A DNA stretch of 64,000 nucleotides. Origin: Chloroflexota bacterium (GTDB lineage Bacteria > Chloroflexota > Limnocylindria > P2-11E). Positions 48,439 to 58,687 of the stretch are shown here, piece by piece; the first letter of the stretch is position 1; the number at the start of each line of letters is the position of its first letter. The notes below the pieces were generated by a model. It was not told the origin of the DNA. It searched no databases and was given only the letters and a program-made list of their open reading frames with translations. Location: contig JAJYLV010000005.1 in NCBI GenBank assembly GCA_021787445.1, forward strand, positions 14,083-78,082. Direction: 5' to 3'. The position numbers and the translations under genes are program-made.

Positions 48439-50241
48439 GTGACGGTGCTTCGTCGGGTGACGCGGCCGAGCCTGCTGCGGACGCTGATCGTCCGCAGCCT
48501 TCTCGTCGCGCTCGTCCCGCTCCTCGTGCTCGGCCTCGCGGTCGGATACGTGACGGACCAGCTCCTCCTGCGTCCGGTCCATGTCGACCTGGCGTCAGGC
48601 GGGCGCGCCGCCTCCGCCGACCAGGTCGTCGTCGCGCTCGTCCTCGGCCTCATCGCGCTCCTCGTTCCGGCGATCGCGTTCTTCGCGTACCGCTCGGCCG
48701 ACGGACTGACGCGGCCGCTGCGAGAGCTCGTCCAAGCCGCGCAGCGCATCCAGGCCGGCGACCTGTCGGCGCGGATCGAGCCGCGCGCGCCCCACGAGAT
48801 CGGCGCGCTCGAAGCCGCCTTCGACACGATGGTGCACGCGCTCGAGCAGCGTGAGCAGTCGAACCGCGAGCTCGTCGCGGAGCTGCAGGTGCAGGCGCTC
48901 AACGATCCGCTCACGAGCCTCCCGAACCGCCTCCTGTTCCAGGACCGGCTGCGGCAGCAGGTCTACTTCTCGTCCCGCCAGGCGGCGCGCTTCGCCGTCT
49001 TCGTCATGGACCTCGACGGGTTCAAGGAGGTCAACGACACGTTCGGGCACCAGACCGGTGACCGGCTTCTCGTCACGGTCGGGGAGCGCCTCCGAACGAC
49101 CCTTCGGGAGTCGGACACGGTCGCGCGCTTCGGCGGCGACGAGTTCGCGCTCCTTGTCCCGACGGCCGACTCGGAGGAGAAGGCGGTGACCGCCGCGCGG
49201 CGGATCCAGAAGGCGCTCGAGGCGCCGTTCGGGCTCGACGGCTTCCTCCTGAACGTGGAGGCGAGCATCGGGATCACGATGTTCCCCGAGCACGGGGAGG
49301 ATCCGCAGACGCTAGTCAAGCGCGCCGACGCCGCGATGTACGTCGCGAAGCGGACCAAGAGCGGCGCCGCGATCTACCAGCCCAGCGAGGAGCTCGAGGC
49401 GCGCGACCGCCTGATCCTCATGGGCGAGTTCCGGCAGGCGATCGAGCGCGACGAGCTCGTCCTTCACTACCAGCCCGAGGTCGAGCCGCGATCGGGCGAG
49501 GTCCTCACGGTCGAAGCGCTCGTCCGCTGGCGTCACCCGACCCGGGGCATGCTCTCGCCCGACCAGTTCATCCCGTTCGCGGAGCAGACCGGCCTCATCC
49601 GCCCGCTGACGAACCACGTCATCGAGAGGGCGATCCGGCAGGTGCGGTCCTGGCGCAACCGCGCGGGGCAGCCGATACGGCTCGCGGTCAACCTCTCGGC
49701 GCGCGACTTCCAGGACCCCGAGCTCGCCGCGCATATCGAGACGGTCCTGCGCCGATACGAGATGCCCGCGGAGCAGCTGAAGCTCGAGATCACGGAGACC
49801 GTCGTCATGGCGGACGCCGCGCGGTCCCTCGGCACCCTGACGACCCTGCGCGGGATGGGCATCCAGCTGTCGATCGACGACTTCGGGACGGGGTATTCCT
49901 CGCTGTCGTACCTGAAGCGCTTCCCCGTCGACGAGATCAAGATCGATCGCTCGTTCGTCACCGACATCGTCGCCGACCACGGAGCGAACGCGATCGTGCG
50001 GGCGACGATCGAGCTGGCGCACAGCCTCGACCGCACCGTCGTCGCGGAGGGCGTCGAGGACCAAGCGACGATGGCGGCCCTGGCGGGGTACGGATGCGAC
50101 GCGGTCCAGGGGTACTACTTCACGAAGCCTCTCGCCGCCGACGACCTCTCCGGCCTGCTCTCCGGCACGCCGCCGTGGATCGCGCGCGGACGCCTCCTCG
50201 ACCTGAAGGTCGTCCCCGGGGGCCTCGAGGCCGCCGTCTAG
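48439..50241 (+). CDS. Membrane-anchored HAMP-GGDEF-EAL protein (diguanylate cyclase/phosphodiesterase)
   Basis: Two N-terminal TM segments, a HAMP domain, an intact GGDEF motif (RFGGDEFALL) and EAL-domain motifs (EALVRW, DDFGTGYSS). Confidence 0.92.
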   Translation: MTVLRRVTRPSLLRTLIVRSLLVALVPLLVLGLAVGYVTDQLLLRPVHVDLASGGRAASADQVVVALVLGLIALLVPAIAFFAYRSADGLTRPLRELVQAAQRIQAGDLSARIEPRAPHEIGALEAAFDTMVHALEQREQSNRELVAELQVQALNDPLTSLPNRLLFQDRLRQQVYFSSRQAARFAVFVMDLDGFKEVNDTFGHQTGDRLLVTVGERLRTTLRESDTVARFGGDEFALLVPTADSEEKAVTAARRIQKALEAPFGLDGFLLNVEASIGITMFPEHGEDPQTLVKRADAAMYVAKRTKSGAAIYQPSEELEARDRLILMGEFRQAIERDELVLHYQPEVEPRSGEVLTVEALVRWRHPTRGMLSPDQFIPFAEQTGLIRPLTNHVIERAIRQVRSWRNRAGQPIRLAVNLSARDFQDPELAAHIETVLRRYEMPAEQLKLEITETVVMADAARSLGTLTTLRGMGIQLSIDDFGTGYSSLSYLKRFPVDEIKIDRSFVTDIVADHGANAIVRATIELAHSLDRTVVAEGVEDQATMAALAGYGCDAVQGYYFTKPLAADDLSGLLSGTPPWIARGRLLDLKVVPGGLEAAV

Positions 50242-50345
50242 GCGATCGCGGGTCCGCACGTGGACGGCGGCCGGTACACTTGAGACGACCACTTCGGCGA
50301 CCGGCGGAGGCCCGCTTGGTCCCCATCAGCAGCGGTGGAGGACGA

Positions 50346-51176
50346 ATGACGGCGGCCCCGCTCATGCCCGACATCCAGGTCGACGAACGCGCTTCCGCCG
50401 ACGAGGTCCGCGCGTTCTTCGGGCACGACCGGCTCCTCGCGGCGTACGCGCTCGCCGACCTCGACCCCGACAACGTCGACGCGGCACGCTGGTGGGTCGC
50501 CCGGCGCGGGCGCGACATCGTCGCCGCGGCGCTCCTCGTCGAGATCATGCCGTTCCGGCCCTGCTTCGCGATGGGGGAAAGCGAAGCGCTCGCGTCGCTC
50601 TTCCACGAGCTGCGCGAGCAGCGCCTCATCCTCGCCGTGCCGCCGCGCGGCCGGAGCGCCGTCGAGCAGACCTACCGCTTCGAGCGCGTCGACGTCATGC
50701 GGCGCATGTCCGTCGACCGCCGCGGCTTCGCCCCGGGCGCGCCACACCCGACGACGCGGCTCGGTCCCGAGCACATCGAGGACCTCGTCGACCTCTACGG
50801 CGAAGCCTCGCGCTCCTACTTCTCGGCGCGCCGCCTCGAGCGCGAGATCTACTACGGCATCTACGACGGCCGGCGCATCGTCTCGGCGGCGGGGACGCAC
50901 GTCCGCTCCGCGCACGCCGGGATCGCCGCGGTCGGCAACGTCCTCACCCGGATCGGACATCGCGAGCGCGGCCTGGCGACCTCGGTGACGTCCTCGGTCA
51001 CCGAGGAGGCGCTCCGGGAGCACGCCGACGTCGTCCTCAACGTCCGGCAGGACAACGCGCCGGCCATCGCCGTCTACGAGAGGCTCGGATACCACACCCA
51101 CGCCACGTTCATCGAGGGCCCCGCCGTCAGGCGCGCGCCCTGGGAGCGCATCACGAACATCTGGAGAAGGTCATGA
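50346..51176 (+). CDS. GNAT family N-acetyltransferase (two-lobed, 276 aa)
   Basis: C-terminal acetyl-CoA motif (VLTRIGHRERGLATSV...NAPAIAVYERLGY). ATG 50346 follows GGTGGAGGA. Confidence 0.8.
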   Translation: MTAAPLMPDIQVDERASADEVRAFFGHDRLLAAYALADLDPDNVDAARWWVARRGRDIVAAALLVEIMPFRPCFAMGESEALASLFHELREQRLILAVPPRGRSAVEQTYRFERVDVMRRMSVDRRGFAPGAPHPTTRLGPEHIEDLVDLYGEASRSYFSARRLEREIYYGIYDGRRIVSAAGTHVRSAHAGIAAVGNVLTRIGHRERGLATSVTSSVTEEALREHADVVLNVRQDNAPAIAVYERLGYHTHATFIEGPAVRRAPWERITNIWRRS

Positions 51177-52450
51177 CGGTGACGACCACGCGCCGCGCGC
51201 ACGACGTCGCGGACCTGGGGCTGGCGGATGCCGGAGCGAAGCGGATCGCCTGGGCGGCGCGCGAGATGCCCGTCCTCGCCGGGATCCGCCGCCGCTTCGC
51301 TCAGGAGCGTCCCCTCGCGGGTCTGCGCATCGGGGCGTGCCTCCACGTGACGGCGGAGACGGCGAACCTCATGCTCGCTCTCCGCGACGGCGGGGCCGAC
51401 GTCGCGCTCTGCGCCTCCAACCCGCTCTCGACACAGGACGACGTCGCGGCGTCGCTCGTCGCGCACGAGGGGATCTCCGTCTTCGCGCGGAAGGGCGAGG
51501 ACCGCGACACGTACTACGGACACATCAACGCCGTCCTCGCGACGAAGCCGCAGGTCACGATGGACGACGGGGCGGACCTGGTGACCGAGCTGCACACGAA
51601 GCGCCGCGAGCTCCTTCCCGAGGTCGTCGGGGGCACGGAGGAGACGACGACGGGCGTCAACCGGCTGCGCGCGATGGCCGCGGAGGGCGTCCTCTCGTAT
51701 CCGATCGTCGCGGTCAACGACGCGATGACGAAGCACCTCTTCGACAACCGCTACGGCACGGGGCAGTCGGCGGTCGACGGGGTCATCCGCGCGACGAACC
51801 TCCTCATCGCCGGAAAGACGGCGGCGATCGGCGGCTACGGCTGGGTCGGACGCGGCATCGCGTCGCGGCTGCGCGGCTTTGGGGCGATCACCCTCGTCTG
51901 CGAGGTCGACCCGCTCCGCGCGCTCGAGGCGGCGATGGACGGGTTCGAGGTCACGACGGTGGCCGACGCGGTGTCGCGCGCCGACCTCTTCGTGACCGCG
52001 ACGGGCAACGTGAACGTCCTCGGGAAGGAGGCGCTCGATCGCGCGAAGGACGGCGCGATCCTCGCGAACGCCGGCCACTTCAACGACGAGATCGACCTCC
52101 GCTACCTGGCGTCGCTCGCGACGTCGACGCGCGAGCTGCGTCCGTTCGTCGCCGAGTACCAGCTGCGCGACGGACGCGCCATCGTCGTCCTCGCCGAGGG
52201 GCGCCTCGTGAACCTCTCCGCCGCGGAAGGACATCCGCCCGCGGTGATGGACATGTCCTTCGCCGACCAGGCGCTGTCGGTCGAGCATCTTCGTGCGCAC
52301 GCCCGCGAGCTCGAGCATCGCGTCTACCCGGTCCCGCAGGAGCTCGACGAGGAGATCGCGCGGCAGAAGCTGGCGGCGATGGGGATGCGGATCGACACGC
52401 TGACCGACGAGCAGCGGACCTACGCGAGATCGTGGAAGGCGGGGACGTAA
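51173..52450 (+). CDS. ahcY: Adenosylhomocysteinase (SAH hydrolase)
   Basis: HVTAETANL, EETTTGV and the NAD motif GGYGWVGRG. The ATG overlaps the GNAT TGA. Confidence 0.95.
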   Translation: MTVTTTRRAHDVADLGLADAGAKRIAWAAREMPVLAGIRRRFAQERPLAGLRIGACLHVTAETANLMLALRDGGADVALCASNPLSTQDDVAASLVAHEGISVFARKGEDRDTYYGHINAVLATKPQVTMDDGADLVTELHTKRRELLPEVVGGTEETTTGVNRLRAMAAEGVLSYPIVAVNDAMTKHLFDNRYGTGQSAVDGVIRATNLLIAGKTAAIGGYGWVGRGIASRLRGFGAITLVCEVDPLRALEAAMDGFEVTTVADAVSRADLFVTATGNVNVLGKEALDRAKDGAILANAGHFNDEIDLRYLASLATSTRELRPFVAEYQLRDGRAIVVLAEGRLVNLSAAEGHPPAVMDMSFADQALSVEHLRAHARELEHRVYPVPQELDEEIARQKLAAMGMRIDTLTDEQRTYARSWKAGT

Positions 52451-52456
52451 AAAGGA

Positions 52457-53671
52457 ATGAGCACGAGCTTCATGGCGACCGAACAGCTCCTCTTCACCAG
52501 CGAGTCGGTGACCGAGGGGCATCCCGACAAGCTGTGCGACCAGGTGTCGGACGCGGTCCTCGACGAGATGCTGCGGCAGGACCCGAGCTCGCGCGTGGCG
52601 TGCGAGACCGCGACCACGACGGGTGTCGTCTTCGTGCTCGGCGAGATCACGACGAAGGGGTACGTCGACCTCCAGAAGCTCGTGCGCGAGGTCGTGCGCG
52701 ACATCGGGTACACCGACGCGGCGACCGGCTTCGACTACCAGACGTGCGGCGTCATCGCCGCGATCAAGGAGCAGTCCGGCGAGATCGCGCAGGGCGTGGA
52801 CCATGCGCTCGAGGCGCGCCAGGGCCAGGACCCGGACGAGCTCGGCGCGGGCGACCAGGGGATGATGTTCGGATTCGCCGTCGACGAGACGCCGGAGCTG
52901 ATGCCGCTCCCGATCACCCTCGCGCATCGCGTCGCGAAGAAGCTCGCCGACGTCCGTAAGCGCGGCGAGGCGACGTACCTGCGTCCGGACGGGAAGAGCC
53001 AGGTCACCGTCGAGTACCGTTTCGGTCGGCCGGTCCGCGTCGACAAGGTCGTCGTCGCGGCACAGCACGACCCGGGCGTCTCCTACGCGCGGCTGCGCGA
53101 CGACATCATCGAGCGCGTCATCCGCCCGACCGTCGCGGACCTCATCGACGACCGCACGACCTACGTCGTCAACGGCACCGGCGCGTTCACCATCGGCGGC
53201 CCGATGGGGGATGCCGGGCTGACCGGACGCAAGATCATCGTCGATACCTACGGCGGGTCCGCGCGGCACGGCGGCGGTGCCTTCAGCGGCAAGGACGCGA
53301 CGAAGGTCGACCGCTCGGCGTCGTACGGGGCGCGCTACGTCGCCAAGAACGTGGTCGCGGCGGGCCTCGCGACGCGCTGCGAGATCCAGGTCGCCTACGT
53401 CATCGGGGTCGCGCGGCCGGTGTCGCTCAACGTCGAGACGTTCGGGACGGGGACCGTATCCGACGAGCGCATCAAGGCGCTCATCGGCGAGCACTTCGAC
53501 TTCCGCCCCGGCGCGATCATCGAGCGCTTCGGGCTGCGCCGCCCGATGTTCCGGCAGACCGCGGCGTACGGCCACTTCGGCCGGCCCGACCTCGACCTTC
53601 CGTGGGAGCGCACCGACATGGCGGAGAAGCTCCGCGGGGCGCACGCACCGGGGGTGGCGACCGCCCGCTGA
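52457..53671 (+). CDS. metK: S-adenosylmethionine synthetase
   Basis: [23 protein letters not shown] and DTYGG motifs. ATG 52472 is an alternative start. Confidence 0.96.
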   Translation: MSTSFMATEQLLFTSESVTEGHPDKLCDQVSDAVLDEMLRQDPSSRVACETATTTGVVFVLGEITTKGYVDLQKLVREVVRDIGYTDAATGFDYQTCGVIAAIKEQSGEIAQGVDHALEARQGQDPDELGAGDQGMMFGFAVDETPELMPLPITLAHRVAKKLADVRKRGEATYLRPDGKSQVTVEYRFGRPVRVDKVVVAAQHDPGVSYARLRDDIIERVIRPTVADLIDDRTTYVVNGTGAFTIGGPMGDAGLTGRKIIVDTYGGSARHGGGAFSGKDATKVDRSASYGARYVAKNVVAAGLATRCEIQVAYVIGVARPVSLNVETFGTGTVSDERIKALIGEHFDFRPGAIIERFGLRRPMFRQTAAYGHFGRPDLDLPWERTDMAEKLRGAHAPGVATAR

Positions 53672-53736
53672 TACCGGCCCGGCGGGGTGGCCCTGCTCTT
53701 GCATGCCCGCCCCCTGAGTTCCTCAGGAGGTGAGGC

Positions 53737-54414
53737 ATGCGGCAGACAACGACCACTCCGACGGGGACCGCGTGGGGCGCCGTGATCTGCGGATGGATCG
53801 CGGCGGTCGGCGCCGCGGCGCTGATCGCGCCCGCGGTCGCGGCGATCCTGGCGGGGCGTCCCGTCATCCCCGGCCAGCTCGCGCTCGCGATACCGGTGAT
53901 CGTCGGGCTCACGATCGCCTACCTCATCGGCGGCTACGTCGCCGGACGCATGGCGGGGTACCACACCAGCTGGCACGGCTTGATGACGTCGTTCTTCGGA
54001 CTGTTCATCACCCTTCTCGCGCTCCTGTTCGCGGCGGCCGCGGATCAGGGCCTCCTTCGGGCCTCGGGGATCGGGTCGCTCGCCGACGCGTTCCCCGGCA
54101 TCCGGCAGCTCGACCTTCGCGTCCTCGGCGACACGCTGACGTTCGGGTCGATCCTCAGCTTCCTCGCGACGATCTTCGCGGGATGGCTCGGCGGCCTTCT
54201 CGCCCCGGACGTCTACGGACGCGTCGCGACGCCGGCGGTGCCGAGCGAGCGCGTCGTCGAGCGCGAGGTGCTGCCCGATCGGGTGGTCCAAGAGCGCGTC
54301 GTCCGCCGCGAGCGCCCCACTTTCCGGCTCCTGCCGGCGCTCGGACGGAAGGGCGGGGAGCGCTCGGCGGCGCCGCAGGACGAGGTCACGGAGACGCGCG
54401 TCGAGAGGAGCTGA
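53737..54414 (+). CDS. Hypothetical integral membrane protein (~4 TM) with a charged ERVV-repeat tail
   Basis: Strong SD (AGGAGGTGAGGC, then ATG). Hydrophobic segments. C-terminus ERVVEREVLPDRVVQERVVRRE. Confidence 0.7.
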   Translation: MRQTTTTPTGTAWGAVICGWIAAVGAAALIAPAVAAILAGRPVIPGQLALAIPVIVGLTIAYLIGGYVAGRMAGYHTSWHGLMTSFFGLFITLLALLFAAAADQGLLRASGIGSLADAFPGIRQLDLRVLGDTLTFGSILSFLATIFAGWLGGLLAPDVYGRVATPAVPSERVVEREVLPDRVVQERVVRRERPTFRLLPALGRKGGERSAAPQDEVTETRVERS

Positions 54415-54589
54415 TCGGGGCCGCGCCACGCCCTTTCCACGAGGCGGCAGCGGTCGGGATCTCCGCGTGCGTGCGCCTGCCCCGCCGTCGTGAGAGAGTG
54501 GGATCAGCGCTCGCCCCGCGGTGACCGGGAAGGGCCAGGCGGTCTCGCCGCGCGGCGGAGCGTACGTCTCTCGCGCGGGAGGAGATCGG

Positions 54590-56194
54590 ATGACCACGAA
54601 GCTCAGCCGGCGTCGGTTCCTCATCCTCGGGTCGGCGACCGCCCTCGCGGCCGCGTGCGCGCCCAGCACGTCCGGAGCGCCGGGCGCGAGCGCCTCCGCG
54701 GGAGGAGGCGCGGCGGGCACGCCGCAGAAGGGCGGCAGCCTCACCTTCGCGCTCGACAGCGACATCAGCGACCTCGACCCGATGATGTCCTCGCTCTTCG
54801 TCGATCGGAACATCCATTACCAGATGTACGACTCGCTCGTGCGCATCAACGCCAAGGGCGAGATCATCCCCGGCCTGGCGACGAAGTGGACGACGAGCAG
54901 CGACGGGAAGAGCGTCACGTTCGAGCTGCGCCAGGGGGTGAAGTACCAGGACGGGACGGCGTTCGACGCCGCCTCGGTGAAATGGAACCTCGACCGCTAC
55001 CGTCAGAAGGGCTCGCACCGCACCGGCGAGCTCGCGCCGGTCGAGAGCGTCGACGTCGTCGACCCGAAGACCGTCAAGGTGGACCTCAAGAGCCCGTTCG
55101 CGCCGTTCCTCTCGATCCTCGTCGACCGCGCCGGGATGATGGTCTCGCAGAAGGTCGTCGAGGCCATGGGCAAGGACTTCACCGTCCACCCCTACAAGGC
55201 GGGCACGGGCGCCTTCATCCTCACCGAGGCGGTGAAGAGCGACCACTACACGCTGACGCGGAACCCCGACTACTGGGAGAAGGACAAGGCCGGGAACGCG
55301 CTGCCTTACCTCGACAGCATCACGTTCAAGCCCATCCTCGATCCGAACGTCCGCCTCACGAACGTCCGCACCGGCCAGGCGCAGGTGCTGACGCGCATGA
55401 GCGGCAAGGACATCCCGACGGTGAAGAGCGACTCGACGCTCACCTTCACGCAGACGAGCGCGTACGGCTGGGACAGCATGATCCCCAACCGGTCGCCGGG
55501 CGCGCTCTTCAGCGAGGGTCGTTACGTCAAGGCGGTGTCGATGGCGCTCGACCGCGAACAGCTCCTCAACGACGGTCCCGCCAAGGGCGTGGGCGCCGTC
55601 GGCTACGGCCCCTATGCACCGAGCCACTTCTGCTACGACCCGAGCTTCAAGCCGTACCCGAAGGCGGACCCGGCGGGCGCGAAGAAGCTCATCGACGAGG
55701 TCGGCAAGGGTCCGCTCACGTTCGAGCTCCTCGTTCCTTCCGGGAGCCCCGACACCCTCCAGCTCGCGCAGCTCATCCAGTCGCAGCTGAAGAACGCCGG
55801 CATCACCATGAACATCAAGACCGAGCTCTTCAACCAGATCGTGAAGATCTCGGAGCAGCACCAGCAGCCGGGGATGTCCCTCTACGGCTGGAGCGGGCGC
55901 ATCGACCCCGACCAGAACACGTACGACTTCGTCGTGACGGGTCAGCCGAACAACGACTCCGCCTACTCGAACACGCAGGTCGACCAGCTCATGAAGCAGC
56001 AGCGGACGGAGACCGACCAGAGCAAGCGGACGACCGACCTGCGGAAGGCGCAGCAGATCTTCGTCGTCGACGATCCCGCGCGCATCTGGTACGACTTCGC
56101 GGCGTCGATCCTCCTCACGGTGAAGGCGGTGCAGGGTCTCGATGCCTACCCCGACCAGATCGCGCGGCTGGAATACGGCTGGCTGAAGAAGTAG
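54590..56194 (+). CDS. ABC transporter substrate-binding protein, family 5 (peptide/nickel type)
   Basis: Tat/lipoprotein-like signal RRRFLILGSATALAAAC. Family-5 SBP length and layout. ATG 54590 follows GGGAGGAG. Confidence 0.88.
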   Translation: MTTKLSRRRFLILGSATALAAACAPSTSGAPGASASAGGGAAGTPQKGGSLTFALDSDISDLDPMMSSLFVDRNIHYQMYDSLVRINAKGEIIPGLATKWTTSSDGKSVTFELRQGVKYQDGTAFDAASVKWNLDRYRQKGSHRTGELAPVESVDVVDPKTVKVDLKSPFAPFLSILVDRAGMMVSQKVVEAMGKDFTVHPYKAGTGAFILTEAVKSDHYTLTRNPDYWEKDKAGNALPYLDSITFKPILDPNVRLTNVRTGQAQVLTRMSGKDIPTVKSDSTLTFTQTSAYGWDSMIPNRSPGALFSEGRYVKAVSMALDREQLLNDGPAKGVGAVGYGPYAPSHFCYDPSFKPYPKADPAGAKKLIDEVGKGPLTFELLVPSGSPDTLQLAQLIQSQLKNAGITMNIKTELFNQIVKISEQHQQPGMSLYGWSGRIDPDQNTYDFVVTGQPNNDSAYSNTQVDQLMKQQRTETDQSKRTTDLRKAQQIFVVDDPARIWYDFAASILLTVKAVQGLDAYPDQIARLEYGWLKK

Positions 56195-56224
56195 CGACAG
56201 CGTCGTGACGCGGGAGGCGGCGGG

Positions 56225-57187
56225 ATGACGAGGTACATCCTCCGTCGCCTCCTGCTCATGATCCCGGTGATCCTGCTCGTGACCATCGGGATCTTCGTCC
56301 TCATCCGTCTCGAGCCGGGAGACCCCGTCCTCACGTTCGCCGGCGAGGACCGCAACCCGCAGCTCCTCGCCGCCCTGCGGCACGAGTACGGGCTCGACCA
56401 GCCGCTTCCCGTCCAGTACGTCATCTGGCTGTCGCACGCGGTGCGCGGGGACCTCGGGCGCTCGTTCCAGACCAACCAGCCGGTCGTGGAGGCGATGGCG
56501 CAGCGCCTGCCCGCGACGATCGAGCTCGGCGCCGCGGCGCTCCTCATCTCCATCGTCGTCTCCCTCGTCGTCGGGACGCTCTCGGCGGTACGCCGGAACT
56601 CCGCCGTCGACCTCCTCGCGACCGGCGTCACGCTCGTGGGCGTCTCGTTCCCGAGCTTCTTCCTCGGGCTCATCCTCATCCTCCTCTTCGCGTACGTGAT
56701 CCCCGGCCACCTCCTGCCCCCCGGCGGCTTCGTGCCGCTGACGACGGACGTCGGCCAGAACCTGAAGCGGCTCATCCTGCCGGCCATCACGCTCTCGACC
56801 CTGAGCATCGCGGTGAACATGCGGCAGGTCCGCTCGAGCCTCCTCGAGGTGTTCGGGCTCGACTACATCCGGACGGCGCGGGCCAAGGGCCTCTCCGAGA
56901 GGCGCGTCATCGTGCGCCACGCGCTCAAGAACGCGCTCATCCCCGTCGTCACGCTCATCGGCATCCAGGTCGGCTCGATCATCGAGGGCGCCTTCATCAC
57001 GGAGACGATCTTCATCTGGCCCGGCGTCGGCCTCCTCGCGGTGCAGGCGATCCCCTCCGGCGACTACCCCGTCGTGCAGGGCGTCGTCCTCGTCTCGGCG
57101 CTCGCCTACATGTTCAGCACGCTCCTCGTCGACGTCCTCTACGCCTGGCTCGATCCCCGGATCTCCTACGAGGGGGCCGGGTCGTGA
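56225..57187 (+). CDS. ABC transporter permease (DppB/OppB type)
   Basis: N-terminus MTRYILRRLLLMIPVILLV, about 6 TM helices, and an EAA-like loop (YIRTARAKGLSERRV). Confidence 0.9.
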   Translation: MTRYILRRLLLMIPVILLVTIGIFVLIRLEPGDPVLTFAGEDRNPQLLAALRHEYGLDQPLPVQYVIWLSHAVRGDLGRSFQTNQPVVEAMAQRLPATIELGAAALLISIVVSLVVGTLSAVRRNSAVDLLATGVTLVGVSFPSFFLGLILILLFAYVIPGHLLPPGGFVPLTTDVGQNLKRLILPAITLSTLSIAVNMRQVRSSLLEVFGLDYIRTARAKGLSERRVIVRHALKNALIPVVTLIGIQVGSIIEGAFITETIFIWPGVGLLAVQAIPSGDYPVVQGVVLVSALAYMFSTLLVDVLYAWLDPRISYEGAGS

Positions 57188-58074
57188 GCGCCGCCGCGGG
57201 CGCGACCGCCGTCCTCTACGCGCCGCGCAGCGGCGCCGGCTCGCTACGCGTCTTCCTGCGACGGAATCCGCGCCTGCTCATCGGCGGAGGCGTCGTGCTC
57301 ATCCTTCTCCTCGCGGCCCTCCTCGCCCCCTACATCTCGCCCTACGACCCCATCGCCACGAACGTCCAGGACTCGCTCCAGCCGCCCACCCTGCGCCATC
57401 TCCTCGGGACGGACGACCTCGGGCGCGACGTCTTCTCCCGCGTCCTGTGGGGCTCGCGCATCTCGCTGTCGGTCGGCGTGATCTCCGTCGCCATCGGGTT
57501 CTCGATCGGCGTCTCGACCGGGCTCCTCGCCGGCTACCTCGGCGGCACGTTCGACCTGTTGGCCATGCGCGTGATCGACGCGCTTCTGGCGTTCCCCGCG
57601 CTCGTCCTGGCGATCTCGATCACCGCCGCGCTGGGTCCGCAGATCCAGAACGCGATGATCGCGATCGGCATCGTCGCCATCCCCGGGTACACGCGTCTCA
57701 CGCGCGGCCAGGTGCTGAGCGTGCGATCGCAGGAGTTCATCACCGCCGCGCGGACGGTCGGAGCCTCGCCGCTGCGCATCGTGCTGCGGCACATCTTCCC
57801 GAACATCACGAACACCCTCGTGGTGCAGGCCACCCTCTCGACCGCGTACGCGATCCTCGCCGAGGCCGCCCTCTCCTTCCTCGGCCTCGGCGCGCAGCCG
57901 CCCACGCCCTCGTGGGGGCAGGACATCGCGTACTCGGCGCGCTACCTCGCGAACCTCGATTGGTGGATGAGCGCCGGGCCCGGGCTCGCGATCTTCCTCG
58001 CGGTGTTCTCCTTCAACTTCCTCGGCGACGCTCTCCGCGACGCCCTCGATCCGCGGCTGCGGCGCATCGCGTGA
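57184..58074 (+). CDS. ABC transporter permease (DppC/OppC type)
   Basis: HLLGTDDLGRDVFSRVLWG motif and about 6 TM helices. GTG 57184 overlaps the upstream TGA. Confidence 0.9.
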   Translation: MSAAAGATAVLYAPRSGAGSLRVFLRRNPRLLIGGGVVLILLLAALLAPYISPYDPIATNVQDSLQPPTLRHLLGTDDLGRDVFSRVLWGSRISLSVGVISVAIGFSIGVSTGLLAGYLGGTFDLLAMRVIDALLAFPALVLAISITAALGPQIQNAMIAIGIVAIPGYTRLTRGQVLSVRSQEFITAARTVGASPLRIVLRHIFPNITNTLVVQATLSTAYAILAEAALSFLGLGAQPPTPSWGQDIAYSARYLANLDWWMSAGPGLAIFLAVFSFNFLGDALRDALDPRLRRIA

Positions 58075-58222
58075 AGACCGTGCCAGCCTCTGGAAGAACG
58101 GATCGGCTCTGCGCCCAGGGAAGGTCGTCCCGCTGCGCTCGTCCGTAGCGTGCCGGTCATGGGCCCAAAGGCCCAGGCGGGTCCTATTAGATCGCTCAGA
58201 GCGGTGAGTCACAGTCGGGCGC

Positions 58223-58669
58223 GTGCAGGTCAGCCGCGTGGCGTACGACAGGTTCGAGCTTCAGCTCCCCGCGGCGGAGCCGGGCTCGGAGCCGCTCGGC
58301 GACGCGCGCGTCGCGCGCGACGTCGCGGGCTGGCTGTGGCAGTTCGGACCGACGCCGATCGTCGCGCTCGTCGAGCACGAGGGTGCGCTCCCGGCGTGGC
58401 TCTCGCAGCGGCTCACGTTGAGCGTGCCCTGGAAGGGCGGCACCGCCGCGGCCCTCCTCCTCGAGGAGCGGAGCGACCTCGAGCAGTTCCTCCTCCAGGG
58501 GGCGCCGCACGGGCGGACGCACCTGCTGTGGCCGAGCGTCTCCCCCGCGAAGACCTTCGAGGCGCTCTGCGCCGGGGGCGACGCGTGGGAGAACGCGGTC
58601 GAGGGTCACGCGCGCATGAGCGAGCCCGAGGTCATGGAGGTCTTCCAGCTCCAGCCGAGCACGCTCTAA
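58223..58669 (+). CDS. Hypothetical protein (148 aa)
   Basis: High GC3 in this frame only. No recognised motif. GTG start. Confidence 0.6.
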   Translation: MQVSRVAYDRFELQLPAAEPGSEPLGDARVARDVAGWLWQFGPTPIVALVEHEGALPAWLSQRLTLSVPWKGGTAAALLLEERSDLEQFLLQGAPHGRTHLLWPSVSPAKTFEALCAGGDAWENAVEGHARMSEPEVMEVFQLQPSTL

Positions 58670-58687
58670 GTACGCTCTGGAAGCGCG

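Noticed and set aside
50242-50345. Possible SAH or SAM riboswitch ahead of GNAT-ahcY-metK
   Set aside because: Only a 6-bp stem is visible and nothing matches the consensus cores I remember. This cannot be supported without a covariance-model scan.
51074-53704. 876-aa minus-strand ORF
   Set aside because: It is antisense to ahcY and metK, both unambiguous on the plus strand.
54386-56920. 844-aa minus-strand ORF, and the plus-strand alternate-frame ORF 54490..56208
   Set aside because: They overlap the family-5 binding-protein and permease genes. Both are Arg/Glu/Asp-rich with no motifs and sit in the wrong GC3 phase.
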